Assembly (NCBI RefSeq): GCF_036971445.1
Contig: NC_091469.1
Location: 9,362,001 to 9,426,000 of the forward strand
Reading direction: 5' to 3'
DNA from: Narcine bancroftii
Lineage: Eukaryota
Length of the DNA stretch: 64,000 nt
Part shown: in pieces, positions 1 through 12,039 of the stretch
Layout: the number at the start of each line of letters is the position of its first letter
How positions within the stretch are numbered: position 1 is the stretch's first letter
Made by a program: the position numbers and the translations under genes
The notes under the pieces: generated by a model
The model's database searches: none
What the model was told of the DNA's origin: nothing
What the model saw: only the letters and a program-made list of their open reading frames with translations

Positions 1-632
1 GAGAGGGTAGTTTGTTAGACACGTGCTGAGGAGTATCTGCATTATTACCATTGTCATCATTCCAGATATTCCCATCCCAATCCTCAATTACATCAGGATC
101 GTCGCCATTCATTATCATGGCATGAATACGATATGGATTGGGTTCTACTCCATGCCTTTCCTTATCTGCACAGAGCTGCTGCCGGAGTTTAATATTACGG
201 CAGACAGTTTGAACATGCTTATCTTCCAATTCTTTGGCTCTGTCCTGACTGGTGCGAACAATTTCACTCATCATGGAGCAGCGTTGTCGCATGGCTTCTA
301 GCTCCTCCTCTAATTGCTTTCTCTTGCGCTGAGATTCTACTTCTCTTTGAACTGATTCTGCTTCATGCTGAACGGAGTGGCGCAAGGCTGTGGCCAGCAA
401 CCAAAAACCATCCGTCAGCATCCCCTTTTTAATCAGGAAATCTTTTTTCTCGAAGGAGAGTGGCAACCCGCTCTCCCAGAGGTGCACTTGATGAATCTAA
501 CTTCTCATCCCAACTAATGGGTGGTCCCAACAAAGCCAGGGTATTGGCCAACATGCCAAACCCATCGTCTTTGGAAGTCCATCCAGGAATCAAGAAATGC
601 TCAGGGCTCACCTCTTTCTTTCGGCGAAACAT
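1..632 (-). pseudogene. gag: Retroviral gag-like ORF (ERV-L/class III-like), N-terminal part, runs off the window; one +1 frameshift in an A-run at about 443-448
   Basis: ATG at 632 lies just after the PBS. MFRRKKEVSPEHFLIPGW...LLREK, then after removing one A: DFLIKKGMLTDGFWLLATALRHSVQHEAESVQREVESQRKRKQLEEELEAMRQRCSMMSEIVRTSQDRAKELEDKHVQTVCRNIKLRQQLC...RIHAMIMNGDDPDVIEDWDGNIWNDD, open to base 1. The WLL / coiled coil / WDGxIW layout resembles ERV-L/Fv1-type Gag. Confidence 0.75.
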
Positions 633-641
633 CTTGAGACC

Positions 642-660
642 AATCCTGCTCGCAGCGCCA
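642..660 (-). promoter_or_regulatory. Primer-binding site complementary to the 3' end of tRNA-Ser
   Basis: Minus strand TGGCGCTGCGAGCAGGATT, 2 nt after the LTR-terminal CA; the plus strand reads AATCCTGCTCGCAGCG-CCA, like a vertebrate tRNA-Ser(CGA/TGA) 3' end. Confidence 0.85.
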
Positions 661-662
661 AT

Positions 663-1437
663 TGTCTTGGGTAAACTTATACCTCTCATTTTGTTCATTT
701 TAGATTGGTCACAGTGTTTGAGCTACCGAAAGAAAATAGACACACACACCGAGAGCAGTTCAGTTTAAACAAAAGTTTATTACTAATTTAAAAGCTGATT
801 TCACACTACAATATGCAAGCCCTTTCCAACTATACTTATCAACGCTTGGACTGGTCCCAACTGCCAAAGTGAGGCAACGACTGCACACTTGTAGTAGGTT
901 GTCAGGGCACTGGTAGCAGCTTCTCCACCTCCCCTGACCGGGACGTTGCTCGGACTCTGGCTGTTCTTCCTTCTTGACAAGGGGTGTTCCCACCCCTCGG
1001 AGAGTCTAAACTTCAGTAGCAGGACCACAGGCTTATATACCCCCCAAAACAATTAATCATGCGCCTACTCCTTCTAATATTTGTCAGTCAAAATCAAAAC
1101 TGAACATTACATTCTACAATTTAGAGGATTAATTATTATGGAACCAGGATGTTATGATTTCCTGGTTTATCTCGTAGATACAAAGACTTATTAAAACTTC
1201 TCGAGCAAGACAGGTTGTGACCAATTCGTCAATTTCAGAGTGTTGCATTTGACAACTGCTTTCCCTGGGCCTCACAGTGGAATTCCATTTCAAAGTGTAT
1301 CTTCAGATAAGTCCCCATGGCTGAGTTTAATTACATCTGCTAGTTCTGAAAGTAAGGTGACCTGCGTGTGGACCCAGTGTCGTCAGTTCCACATAAGCAA
1401 AAAGCATCTGGGTACATGGTTTTAATCCTCCATTACA
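663..1437 (-). mobile_element. 5' LTR of the endogenous retrovirus (about 775 bp)
   Basis: Minus strand begins TGTAATGG (1437) and ends ...CCAAGACA (663); TATATAA at 1033-1039; AATAAA at 776-781 followed by a GT-rich tract; PBS directly downstream. Confidence 0.8.
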
Positions 1438-1602
1438 AAGAACCATATATTTCCAAGTCAGGATGGCAGGTGGCTTTGACGACAAGTTCCAGATAAAGGT
1501 GACCCTCATGTTTATGCTTCCCTTGTTCTTCTAACCGGTTGAGTTGGTGGGTTTGGATGGTACTATCTAAAGATAGCACCTAACAAAATTAACATTAACC
1601 AC

Positions 1603-1800
1603 TGCACAGTTAGTATGTCAGTTACACAACATTATTATAACACCAGCAATCTGTGTTCAAATCTGTTGCTGGCTGTGGGAGTTTGTTCATTCACCCCATG
1701 TTCATGTCGGTTTCCTACAGGTGGTCCCAAGTCAGACAGGGTTACTAGATTAATTGGTCACATGGATGTTATTGAATAGCCTGGTGCTGTATCTCTAAAT
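1603..1800 (+). mobile_element. Degenerate V-SINE-like SINE
   Basis: gttcaaatc B-box-like head, gagtttgt...ggtttcct core, ttaattggtcacatgg tail shared with other copies. Confidence 0.6.
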
Positions 1801-2315
1801 TGATTTTTTTTATTCCAAAATTGAATTATTTGATCAATCAAAAATGTTGAGTGAAAGCAGCAGATCTCTGGAAATAGGTTGAATCAACCTTGAATTGTGA
1901 CCTTGCTGAACTTTTTGTGATACTAGTTAAGCTTTTGTTTTTCCAGCAAATCTGGTTTTTGTCTAATTTTCCACCTGGTCTGTTTTTGCTTTGAACACTT
2001 GAATTCAGCAACTTCCTCAACATAGTTCAGAGAGATTGTCGCATCTAACCAAATATCTTTTTCCTTTCTTACTGAAAACTGAGTGGATATTAACACTATT
2101 ATTAACTGACATTAATAGATGTCAAACCTGTAGGAAATAGGAAGAATTTCTTCTGAGACTCATGGATGTTAGAATTCTGTCCTCCAGAAAGCTGTGGATG
2201 AGGATCTATCCAAGACCAAAGTGGCTACATGCACAGGATTACATTTAACGTGATTCTATCAAGTTCATTCAGCCAGTTAGTCCGTACTCCACTCAATGCT
2301 CTTCACAACACATGA

Positions 2316-2455
2316 ATTGCTGGAGGAACTCAGTGAGTCAGTCAGTATCATGGAAGGTAATAGACAGTCAGTGCTTTGGGCCATAACTGCCAAAGTGCTT
2401 GGATTCAAAATGTTGATAGTTCTTTCTTCCTGAGTTGCTGCTCAACCTTTTCAAT
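2316..2455. mobile_element. Degenerate foldback of two Penelope pseudo-LTR arms
   Basis: tgctggaggaactcag...gacagtc arm followed by an inverted aaaatgttgatagtt...gctgctcaacc arm. Confidence 0.5.
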
Positions 2456-2490
2456 CATGGTGGCATTTTATTTAACCAATACATGGTCTC

Positions 2491-2819
2491 CAAGAGACCT
2501 TGGTGCCTGCCACATTGACCACCGCCAGTGGGCTGATAACGCCTCAAACCGTGCATCTTGGCGCCTCACAGTTTGGCGGGCAGCAGCCTCCTTTGAAGAA
2601 GACCGCAGAGCCCACCTCACTGACAAAAGGCAAAGGAGGAAAAACCCAACACCCAACCCCAACCAACCAATTTTCCCTTGCAACCGCTGCAATCGTGTCT
2701 GCCTGTCCCGCATCGGACTGGTCAGCCACAAACGAGCCTGCAGCTGACGTGGACTTTTTACCCCCTCCATAAATCTTCGTCCGCGAAGCCAAGCCAAAGA
2801 AGAGAAAAGAGAAAAAAAA
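2491..2819 (+). mobile_element. 5'-truncated RTE LINE (about 320 bp) with a 10-bp target-site duplication
   Basis: Encodes LGACHIDHRQW...CNRCNRVCLSRIGLVSHKRACS*, near-identical to 29925-30220; A/G-rich tail; TSD ACATGGTCTC at 2481-2490 and 2820-2829. Confidence 0.9.
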
Positions 2820-3825
2820 ACATGGTCTCACACACCCACCCACACACCCAATATGCATTTTCTCATCCATGGCTCCTCATGTAGCTTCTTTTGATTAATT
2901 GTGTGGACATTCAGATGCTAAATTATGAGTTAATTTAAATTTTAAAAAATCTACTAATCTAATTAAATGCTTGCAGCCTTTAGCTATAGATGAGCATTTA
3001 TTAATATTAATTGATGAAGATGAAAGCCCAATGAAAATTTGTAGATCCGCAATCTTGATAATAAATATTTAGTTGTGTTAATGAAATATAAATTAACCAG
3101 AAGAAATTTAAAGCAAAATGGCCTTTTTGCTGAACAATAACTGCTGCTCATTTTATAAAAAAAATGAAATTATGCAAGAACCTAAACAGAAACCTGCTCT
3201 GAATTAGTTTCTAAGGAGTTACTTCTAACAGCTCTGAGTCTTGAGCCTCCCTTTGTTACACTAATCATGGACTGCTCCAACACCACTAAAGGACTGTCTG
3301 CTCCATTGTAATGTCATCTTTTTTCCCCACCTGGATTTACGTGAGTATTGTTTATCTTTCATATGATTTTAGTCTTTAATTATATTCATTTTGTTTTAAA
3401 TATTTGTTTGGGTGCAGCAGGTAAGGAATTCAGTGCACAATGACAATAAATTCATTGTTATATTATTACAAGTGTGATTATATTGTGAGGCTGATGTAAT
3501 AGTTTGAAAGACAGGTGGTTTTGTGAAATAAGAACAGGAAACTATATTAAATTAAAGTGCAGAAATTTTCTTTGAGGGGGTATTTTTAATGGTACACAGC
3601 AGGAATCTGTTTCTGAAGTCATGTGCTGTAATAGTAATAGGATTCGTTTCAAAGATCATTACCTTGATGTTACAGTACAGAAGTCTGGTTCTGCAGTCAG
3701 GCTGTTGTAATATTACATGGCAGTCACCTGATTCACGATCCTATGTTAATACAGGCCAGGAATCTGCAATTGTGCAGAGGTTAGCATCTTGTGATGGCAA
3801 TTGCATTCAGCATATCAAGTCCAAG

Positions 3826-6800
3826 TGTAGCATCTACTATGACAGCACGAGGGAATCAAGAGACATCCACATGGTGCCAAGGTAAACCCAGTAACTGACT
3901 TTATTGTTTGAATTCTTCATGCTGCCAGCAGGGAAACACCCACTTCCAGTAACATGTGCGCCAGCTTCTGGAAGTGACATCAGTGTGTCGCGGCATCACT
4001 CCCTGACTGGTGGTGCACCACCCAGAAGCAGTGATGTCCCCCAGGCAACATGTGTTAACTGTGGGCTTCTCAGGAGTGAAGGTGGACCCGCGCCATTTTG
4101 AGTCAGATGACTGGGGCAGAAATTCAGCCCATCTAACCACGCAGTAGTTCGGCCTGCTACCACCCCCATGCCCTCACCCCAGAATTGGTGCCGGCTTCTG
4201 AGTAGGTTACCATACTGGCTTTGGGTGGGCAACCTCTGCATCTGACAGGCTGGCCTGAATCCAGATATGCTGCCCTGAAGTGGTCGATTGTGAACCTGTC
4301 CAGTCAGGAGCGAACGTCCAGTGTAAAAACACTGTCCCATTGCAACACCTCAAATGAGCCTTCATAGGGACACTGTAGGGGTGTTCCTTGCTGTTCTCTC
4401 TGCACCAAGGCATAGTTAATGGACTATAGGCCTGCAGGGATGTGGTAGGATGGAGAGCAGTCTCAGGATGGTGGCAGGGCACCTGTTTACCCACTTGCAC
4501 CCTTAACCTCTGGAGGACATCTAGGGCACTGGTCTGTAGGCCTGGGGTGGGAACAGGTAGATCTTACTTCGGTGCTGTACAGATGCCCAAAAGCATCCAC
4601 AGGAGCTTGTCCACCCTTCAGGCCTTGTTGAGCTTTCAGGATAGCCTTAAGGTGGCAGTGGAAATGCTTGACCAGGCCATTTGCCCGAGGCTGGTAGGCT
4701 GTGGTGTGGTGCAACTGGCTGCTGCAGAACCTAGTTAGGTTAGCCCAAAGCAAGGAAGTGAACTGTGCCCCTCATTCTGAAGTAATGTGGGTTGGGACTC
4801 TGAAATGCACAATCCAGTAGGAGAAAAAGGCTCTGGTGCAAGTCTCTGTCGCACATTGGTAGGGCTTCCAGCCATGGGGTAAAAAAGTTGATTGTTGTGA
4901 ACAGATACTTTAGACCCAACTCACGGGGAGTGGGCCAACAATGTCCATGTGCTCAAATCGGAGCTGCACCAGCTCAAAAGTCTGGAGTGGGGCCTTGGTG
5001 TGTCTGTGCACCTTGACATGTTGGCACCACTAACAAGCTTTAGCCCTCAGGGTCACATCATGGTGGAGGCAGTGCCACATGAACTTGTCCAACAGCAGGC
5101 AGACCTTAAGGAGGGGAGGGACAGGCCAGCGAACTCTCACTGTCACCAGGTCGTGGGTAGGTCTGGGGAAGCCCATGGATACATCACACAGCAAGGACAG
5201 GCCCCGGTGAGGGGCAGAAATTGCTGACCTTCAGGTTGGTGATGGCTATCCAGTAGGCCTGGTCATCTGCATCCTCAGTTTGGTCCCTGGCCACCTAGGT
5301 GACATCAAGCCCTCCTGAGGTGGCAGCAATTGTGGGTTTGGATAATGTATCGGCCATCATGTTGGATTTGCTTGCAATGTGGCATATGTCCGTTGTGTAC
5401 TCAGATGTAGGAGAGGTGATGCTGTTACCTTGACAACCATGGGTCTGAGGCCTTGCTGAGAATAGGTGAGTGGTATGTGGTCTGTGTAGGTGGTGAAAAC
5501 CCTTCTATCATGTACCTGAAGTGTCTCATCACCTGGTACAAGGCCAACAGCTTATGGTCATACATGCTGTATTTGAGCTCTGGTGTCCGGAGATGTCTGC
5601 TGAAGAAGGCCAGAAGGCACCATTGCTCATCGACCCATTGCTCCAACACTATGCCCACTGCTCTGTCTGATACATCTCTTGTAAGAGCTGGGGGGGGGGG
5701 GGGGGGGAAGAAGCTAGAATCTGGGTGGGCCAGGACTGTGGACTGTACTAGAACCGCTTTCGTGGTCTGGAACAGTTCTGTGGTTTCCGGAGTCCACTGG
5801 AGCATCTTGTTACTGAGCTTGGGGGTCAAACAGGGGCTGCATGAGGGTGGTCGTTTTCTGCGGGAAGCGATGATAAAAATTCACCATCCCTAGGAACTCC
5901 TGCAGGACTTTGTTTGCACTCAGCTTGAGAGTTCTGGATGGCCTTGACCTTGTCCAGCAGTGGTTTGACTCTCTCTTGGGTGATAGTGTCTCAGGAAATT
6001 GATTCTCTCTAGGCCAAACTGGCACTTGGCTGGGTTCACCAAGAGTCCAAACTACTGCAACCTGTTAAAAGGTGAATCAGGTGTGTCCTGGCATCAGGGC
6101 TAGCAATGAGGATGTCGCCCAGGTAGACAATGAGGTTGAGGTCCCTGTCAACCATGCCCATAAGCCACAAACATCTGGGTTACATTCTTTTATCCAAACG
6201 GCATCCACAGGAATTCAAAAAGGCCAAAGGGTGTGATAATGGCAGTTTTCGGTACGTCACTGAGATGCACCAGGATCTTGTGGTACCCTTTGACAAGGTC
6301 TACCTTGGAAAAGACTCAGCAGCCTTTGAGCTTTGTGGCAAAGGCCTGGGCATGTGGGATAGAGTACCTATCTTGACTGTAGCATCATTAGGCTATCTGT
6401 AGACTCCGCACTGGTGCCAACCTCTGGAGCTCTTCTGGTACCATGTGGAGTGGGGAGGCCCAGAGGCTGTTTGAATAGCAGATGATTCCCAGCTCCTCCG
6501 CAGTGGCGAACCAGGACTTGGCTTGTTGGAGTTTGTCTTGTGGGAGGCACTGAGTCTGTGCATACATTGGAGGCCCAGTGATCTCAATGTGGTGCTCCAT
6601 GCCAAGTGGTAGTCTGGCATTGTGGAAATTTGGTGCCAGTCAGGCCAGGTACATAGACAATAGGCAGGTATACTCATTTCTATCCAAAGCGTGAATTCAT
6701 AATAACAGTAAAGGACATTGCCGCAGAGTAAGGGGGTATGACTGAAATGTGGTAGCGTCCACCAAACAACATTGGTCACGTCCACCAAAAGTTCATGTCT

Positions 6801-7370
6801 CCGGAGGAAATCTGTTCCGAGTAGGGCCTGTACCCACCGCTGTGATGGTGCTCTTCAACTGGAAAACTGTCTGCTGCATGGATTGTGACCAGGAGGGTGC
6901 CATAGCTTAGGATAGAAGAGCTGTTAGCTGCTTGTAGAGGGAGGCCCTTGGGATTGTGTTTGGTCTTGAAATACATCATTGGGATGAAGTTTATCTCTGC
7001 ACCCATGTTGACTGGGAAGTCACTCTTCATTCATTGGTCCCTGGAGTAGGCCTTTATGAGTGCCAACTGCTGAGGCCTCTATCGGCAGATGGCTTGCCCA
7101 TTTCCCATCATTGTGTTTGGTTTGTTGGTGGGGTAGGAGCATGGGGTGCACCACGAAGCATTCGAGTCCCATCTTCAGTGATAGAAACAGTATTCGCTCT
7201 GTTTGGCTGGGTGCTTGTTGCCCCATGGTTGGGCCACGGCTACTGCTGGGGAGCCCAGTGGAGACGCTGAAGTGGTGGTGCTAACAGCATAGATGGTTTG
7301 CACGTGGATGGAGTGCTGTTGCCAGGGTACCGAAAAGTCTGCCTGCCTCCTTGGCTACCAGGTGTGGGTG
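3826..7370 (-). mobile_element. Decayed Ty3/Gypsy LTR retrotransposon (gag end, PR, RT, RH, IN, PPT, 3' LTR at 3826-4162; 5' LTR missing)
   Basis: Protease-like FPVNMGAEINFIP; RT SNSLWASPLHMVP and LQEFLGMVNFYHRF; RNase H DVSDRAVGIVLEQ...LAFFSRHLR...YSMYDHKLLALY; integrase HTTAYQPRANGLVKHFH; G-rich PPT next to a TG...CA LTR; many stops and frameshifts. Confidence 0.9.
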
Positions 7371-7540
7371 CTCTCACAAACACATAATATGCAGTGTATA
7401 ATAATCATATACATAAAGATACAATTTAAAATAAAAATTATGAATATTTTGGGTTGACTCACTTGGTTACAGAATACCATTCATCATTCTTGAGGTTAGA
7501 GCATGGATTAGTACATTAATTTAAAAATTAAAAAAGCATC

Positions 7541-7768
7541 TCAATTCAGACACAGCATGGTAACAGGGCATTTCAGCCTACGAGTCCGAGCCACCCAATT
7601 TACATCCCATTAACCTTCATCCCCTGTGCATTTGAAACCATGGGAGGAAAACACACAGACAAGGAGAGAATGTACAAACTCCTTACAGACAGTTGGATTT
7701 GAATCCCAATACTAATCACTGGAGCTGTAAAGGTATTGTGCTATCCACTCTGCCAGCCATGCCACCCT
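7541..7768 (-). mobile_element. V-SINE-like SINE
   Basis: gagaatgtacaaactccttacagacag...ggatttgaatccc is the reverse complement of the SINE head and core. Confidence 0.7.
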
Positions 7769-8557
7769 AATGGCACTGTTGTGGCCGCTACAGAAACTTG
7801 TTTGACAAAAGAACAAGATTAGCTGATGCAGGTGGCAGGGTTTAGATGTTTTAAAAGGATAGGTTGTTAAAGATGGGAGAGTAGCATTTCTGGTCAGGGA
7901 TAGTATCATAGCTGCAGAAAGGGAGGATGCTGTGGAGGGATTGTCAACTGAGTCAGTGTAGGAGGAAGTCAGAAATAGGAAGGGAGCTATCACAGTATTG
8001 GGAGTAGTCTACAGGCCTCCAAATAGACCTTGAGGCACCCTTGAGGCACTGAGAAACAGATTAAATAGATACATTTTGGAATGGTGCAGAAATAACAGGG
8101 TTGTTAAAGAGGAGAATTCAACTTCTCAAATATTGACTGACACCTCCTTATAGCAAGAGGGATAGATAGGTCAGAATTTATCAGATGTGTTCAAGAAGGA
8201 TGCCTGACACAGTATGTGGACAAGGCACCTAAAGGACATACTGGATCTAGTACTGGGTAATGAACTTGGTCAAGTGACGTACTAATCAGAGGGGGAGCAT
8301 TTTTGTGATACTGACCACAACTCCGAGCTTTGGCATAGCTATAGACAAGGATAAAAACAGAAAAAAAAATGGTAAAGTGGTTAATTGGGGAAAGCTAATT
8401 ATGATATGAGGCAGAAACTTGGGAGAGTAAATTGGAACAGATGTTCTCGGGAGTAAGCACAGAAGTAATGTGAAGGATCCTCAGAAACCATTTGCGTAGC
8501 GTTCTGGACAGGTTTGTCGCACTGAGAGTGAAAAGATGGTAGGTAAGAAAAGGGAAC

Positions 8558-9139
8558 AATATTAAAAAAATGTATTTATACATTTCAAAAATCAAAAATC
8601 ATTTTGTAATATTTCTAATCCATTACAAATACATGTGGTGTACATACACAAAAGAAAAAAACATCCCATAATCTCCCTCTCCTTCCCTTTCTAACCCTCT
8701 ACAAAAGGAAAAGAGACCCTCAACAGAAGCACCCCATACTGTAAAACTTTGTATAATATGCAGAGACCTATTTTAGGAGAAAGGGAATGACTGAGTTTTA
8801 TTTAAATAGTCATAGCAACACTTTGTAAATATGGGCTCCATATTTTTCAAAATACATGATATTTTACAAGTAATTTTTTTCCAAGTCTGTGCAACTCTAA
8901 ACTTCTGCATGCCATCTCTCGATTCCCAAATCTATATCAGACTACAAAGTTATTGCCATGCATTGTCCAAAGCAATGATTACAGATTTCACTTGAAACAT
9001 ATTCAATTTTAATTTGGGTTTAACCCCTTTAATATTGCCCAATAAAAACAGCATTGAATCCTGTGAGAATTTAATTCCAATTATTCTTTCTAATAAATTA
9101 CCAATTTCCAATCAAAAAAATTTAATCTTAGGATGCTGT
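8558..9139 (-). mobile_element. L1 3' fragment inserted in the CR1
   Basis: L1 ORF2 C-terminal-like remnants (MLFLLGNIKGVKPKLKL), AT-rich tail, 7-bp TSD AGGGAAC at 8551-8557 and 9140-9146. Confidence 0.7.
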
Positions 9140-9371
9140 AGGGAACCATGGTTGACAAAAAGGGTAAGGCAGTTATTAAAGAGGAAGAAGGGAGCATACA
9201 TTAGATTTAGGAATCAAAATGTAGGAAGAGCTCTTCGGAATTATATGGTCGCCAGGACAGGACTTTAAAAATGACTTAGGAAAGCTAGAAGGGGGCATAA
9301 GGAGGCCTTGGCAAGTAGGATTAAGGAAAACCATATGGTGTTTTCTGCATACTTGAAAAACAAGTAATGAT

Positions 9372-9587
9372 AGTAGAGCGTGTCGAAAGAATCAAAGATG
9401 TTGATCCAAATCAAGGTTTTTATTAACTAGAAGACTGGCGTATATCACATGTAGTCCAAAATGACCTGGTCTGGCTAGGAGCAACCCTTTAAGACCTGCC
9501 AGTAGGCGTGGCTATGCTCTCAGCCAATAAGTCATCCTACACTACAATCTGTATAAATACATTGTTGATAGAATCTGTACTATCACA
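9372..9587 (-). mobile_element. Short solo LTR, same family as 57590-57807
   Basis: Ends TATCACA; shares gtcgaaagaa...ttgatccaaa...gacctggtctggctaggagcaa...ctctcagccaat with the inverted copy at 57.6 kb; interrupts the CR1. Confidence 0.75.
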
Positions 9588-11051
9588 TAGGTCACTTAAG
9601 GATAAAGAAGGCAACATACATCTGGAGGTGGACAAGGTTGGGGAAGTCTCAAATGAATACTTTGCTTTAGTATTTACCAGAGGAAAGGACCTTGGTCAAG
9701 GTGAGGTCAGAACCAGACAAGCTTATGTGCTGCACCAAGTTGAGATTAAGAAAGAGGAAGTGCTGGATTGTTTGAAAAAATATTAGGATTGATAAGCCCC
9801 AGAACCAGACAAGATATACCCAAAGTTTCTGTTGGAAGGAAGGGAAGACATTGCTGGGATGTTGGTAATGATCTTTGCATCCTACTTGGCAATTGGGGTG
9901 GTGCCAGCAGATTGGAGAATGGTCAATGTGATTCCCTTGTGTAAGAAAAGGTAATAAGGAGAATCCTAGGATTTATAGATCAGTGAGTCTCACATTAGTG
10001 GTGGAAAAACATTGAAATGAATTTTTAAGTACAGGATTTATGCACATTTATGGAAGTAGTCGCCTCAGGAAGAGTCAATGTGGTCTTGTGAGGGGAAGGT
10101 CATCTCTCATGAGCCTAATCAATCTTTTTGAGGAGGTCAGAAAAGTAATTGATGAAGGTAGGGTGGTAGATTTTGTGTACATAGATTTTAGTAAGGTATG
10201 TCCCCAATATGGGAGACTCACTCAGAAAGTCATGAGGCATGGAATCTGAAGAAACTTGGCTGTATGGATTCAGAATTGGCTTGTCTGCAGAACACAGTAG
10301 TAAAGGATGGAAAGTATTCTGCCTGGAAATTAGTGACTAGTAGATTTCCACAGGGATCTCTTCTGGGACCATTGCACTTGGAGATTTTTTATAAATGACC
10401 TGGATGAAAAAGTAGAAGGATGGGTCAGTAAGTTTGTAGATAATACGAAGGTTGGAAATGCTGTGGATAGCGTTTAAGGTTGTCATAGGTTACAATAGGA
10501 TATAGACAGAGTGAAGAGTTGAGTGGAAAAATGGCAGATGGAGTTCAATTCAGATAAGTGTGAGATAATGCATTTTGGAAAGTCAAACTTGAAGGCAGAA
10601 TACATGGTTAAATACTTAACAGTGTGGAATAGACAATAGGTGCTAGAGTAGGCCAATTGGCCTGTCGAGCCAGCACCGCTATTTATTGGATCATGGCTGA
10701 TCTTTCCAAATTCATACATCGCTCAAGGTTGATGTGCCAGTTGATTGGACAGTTAAGAAGGCCAATGGTATTCTGGGCTTCGTTAATCAGGCGATTGAGT
10801 TCAGGAGTCATGAGGTCTGTTACAGCTCAATAAAACTCTGGTCAGACTACACTTTGAATTTTGTGTTCAGTTCTGGTCACCTCATTGCAGGAAAGATGTT
10901 GAGCCTATCAAGAGGGTGCAGAGGACATTTATCAGGATGTTGTCTGGATTGACAAGGTAGACAGCCAGCACCTTTTTTCACCAGGGCAGGAGTACATGGA
11001 AAAATAAGGGGCTCTGAAATAGGTAACACTTCATTTTTGGATAGGTAAATG

Positions 11052-11364
11052 TTCTTTTTCTTTCTTTGGCTTGGCTTCGTGGACGAAGATTTATGGAGGG
11101 GGTAAATGTTCACGTCAGCTGCAGGCTCGTTTGTGGCTGACAAGTCCAATGCGGGACAGGCAGACACGGTTGCAGCGGTTGCAGGGGAAAATTGGTTGGT
11201 TGGGGTTGGGTTTTTCCCTCCTTTGCCTTTTGTCAGTGAAGTGGGCTCTGCGGTCTTCTTCAAAGGAGGTTGCTGCCCGCCGAACTGTTAGGCGCCAAGA
11301 TGCACGGTTTGAGGTGATATCAGCCCACTGGTGGTGGTCAATGTGGCAGGCACCAAGAGATTTC
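11052..11364 (-). mobile_element. 5'-truncated RTE LINE (about 310 bp)
   Basis: KSLGACHIDHHQW...CNRCNRVCLSRIGLVSHKRACS* plus the same 3' UTR and tail as the other RTE copies. Confidence 0.9.
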
Positions 11365-12039
11365 CTGTACTGTGCTGAAATGTTATATTGAATCTCACAG
11401 CCCACAGGAAGAAGCCATTTCCCACCCCGACAGTCCTGTTTTCAATGTTCCTGTGCCTTCTTCCTGATGGTGGTGGGTCAAATATACTGTGTGATGCATG
11501 AAAAGGGTCTGATGCAGTGTAGGAATCTGCCTTGTAATGGCACAGATCTAGCTCAACGTGCTCTGGACAGAATGCATGAGGTTTGTGTGCTGCAGTGGAA
11601 CCGAACAGGAATCTCGCCCATTAATCTGTATATTACAGAAATCAGGTTCAGTGATGGAGATTTCTTTCAAGGAGGAAATTATATTCAATGGTCATCTTGC
11701 TGTATCAGAATGAATTACACCTTCTCAGTGCTGACCGAATATCATTAGGAAGGCGATTGGAAGTAATATCTGTCAACAGCTAGTGTTACAGCCACACATC
11801 AGTTATTACAATGTCTGAACATTGTTGTTGGAAGATCCTGAAACATTCAGCTATTTTCTGCTCCTTCATCAATAAGCTTCTGTGTCTACAATGTCAGTGG
11901 TATTAGCTACTTGCTAATGATGTTCAAGCACCACTCATCTTCTTGCAAGAAAGCATCGTCATGAGTCAGAAAGCATTCATTTTTATACAGACTTGTGCAA
12001 GGCAATATTTGTGCAAATTACACGTCAGTCTCTGGAACT

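Larger units (their letters stand above)
7820..10990 (+). mobile_element. Decayed CR1 LINE ORF2 (endonuclease plus RT) with nested insertions
   Basis: Fragments GVVYRPP, LDLVLGNE, VSNEYFALVFT, SQCGLVRGRS, VDFVYIDFSK, PQGSLLGP, KFVDNTKVG. Confidence 0.85.

Noticed and set aside
642-660. tRNA-Ser gene
   Set aside because: Only the 3' 19 nt including CCA are present, next to an LTR end, so it is a PBS.
5690-5707. G18 run as a functional G-quadruplex
   Set aside because: A homopolymer expansion inside a dead Gypsy RNase H region; nothing suggests function.
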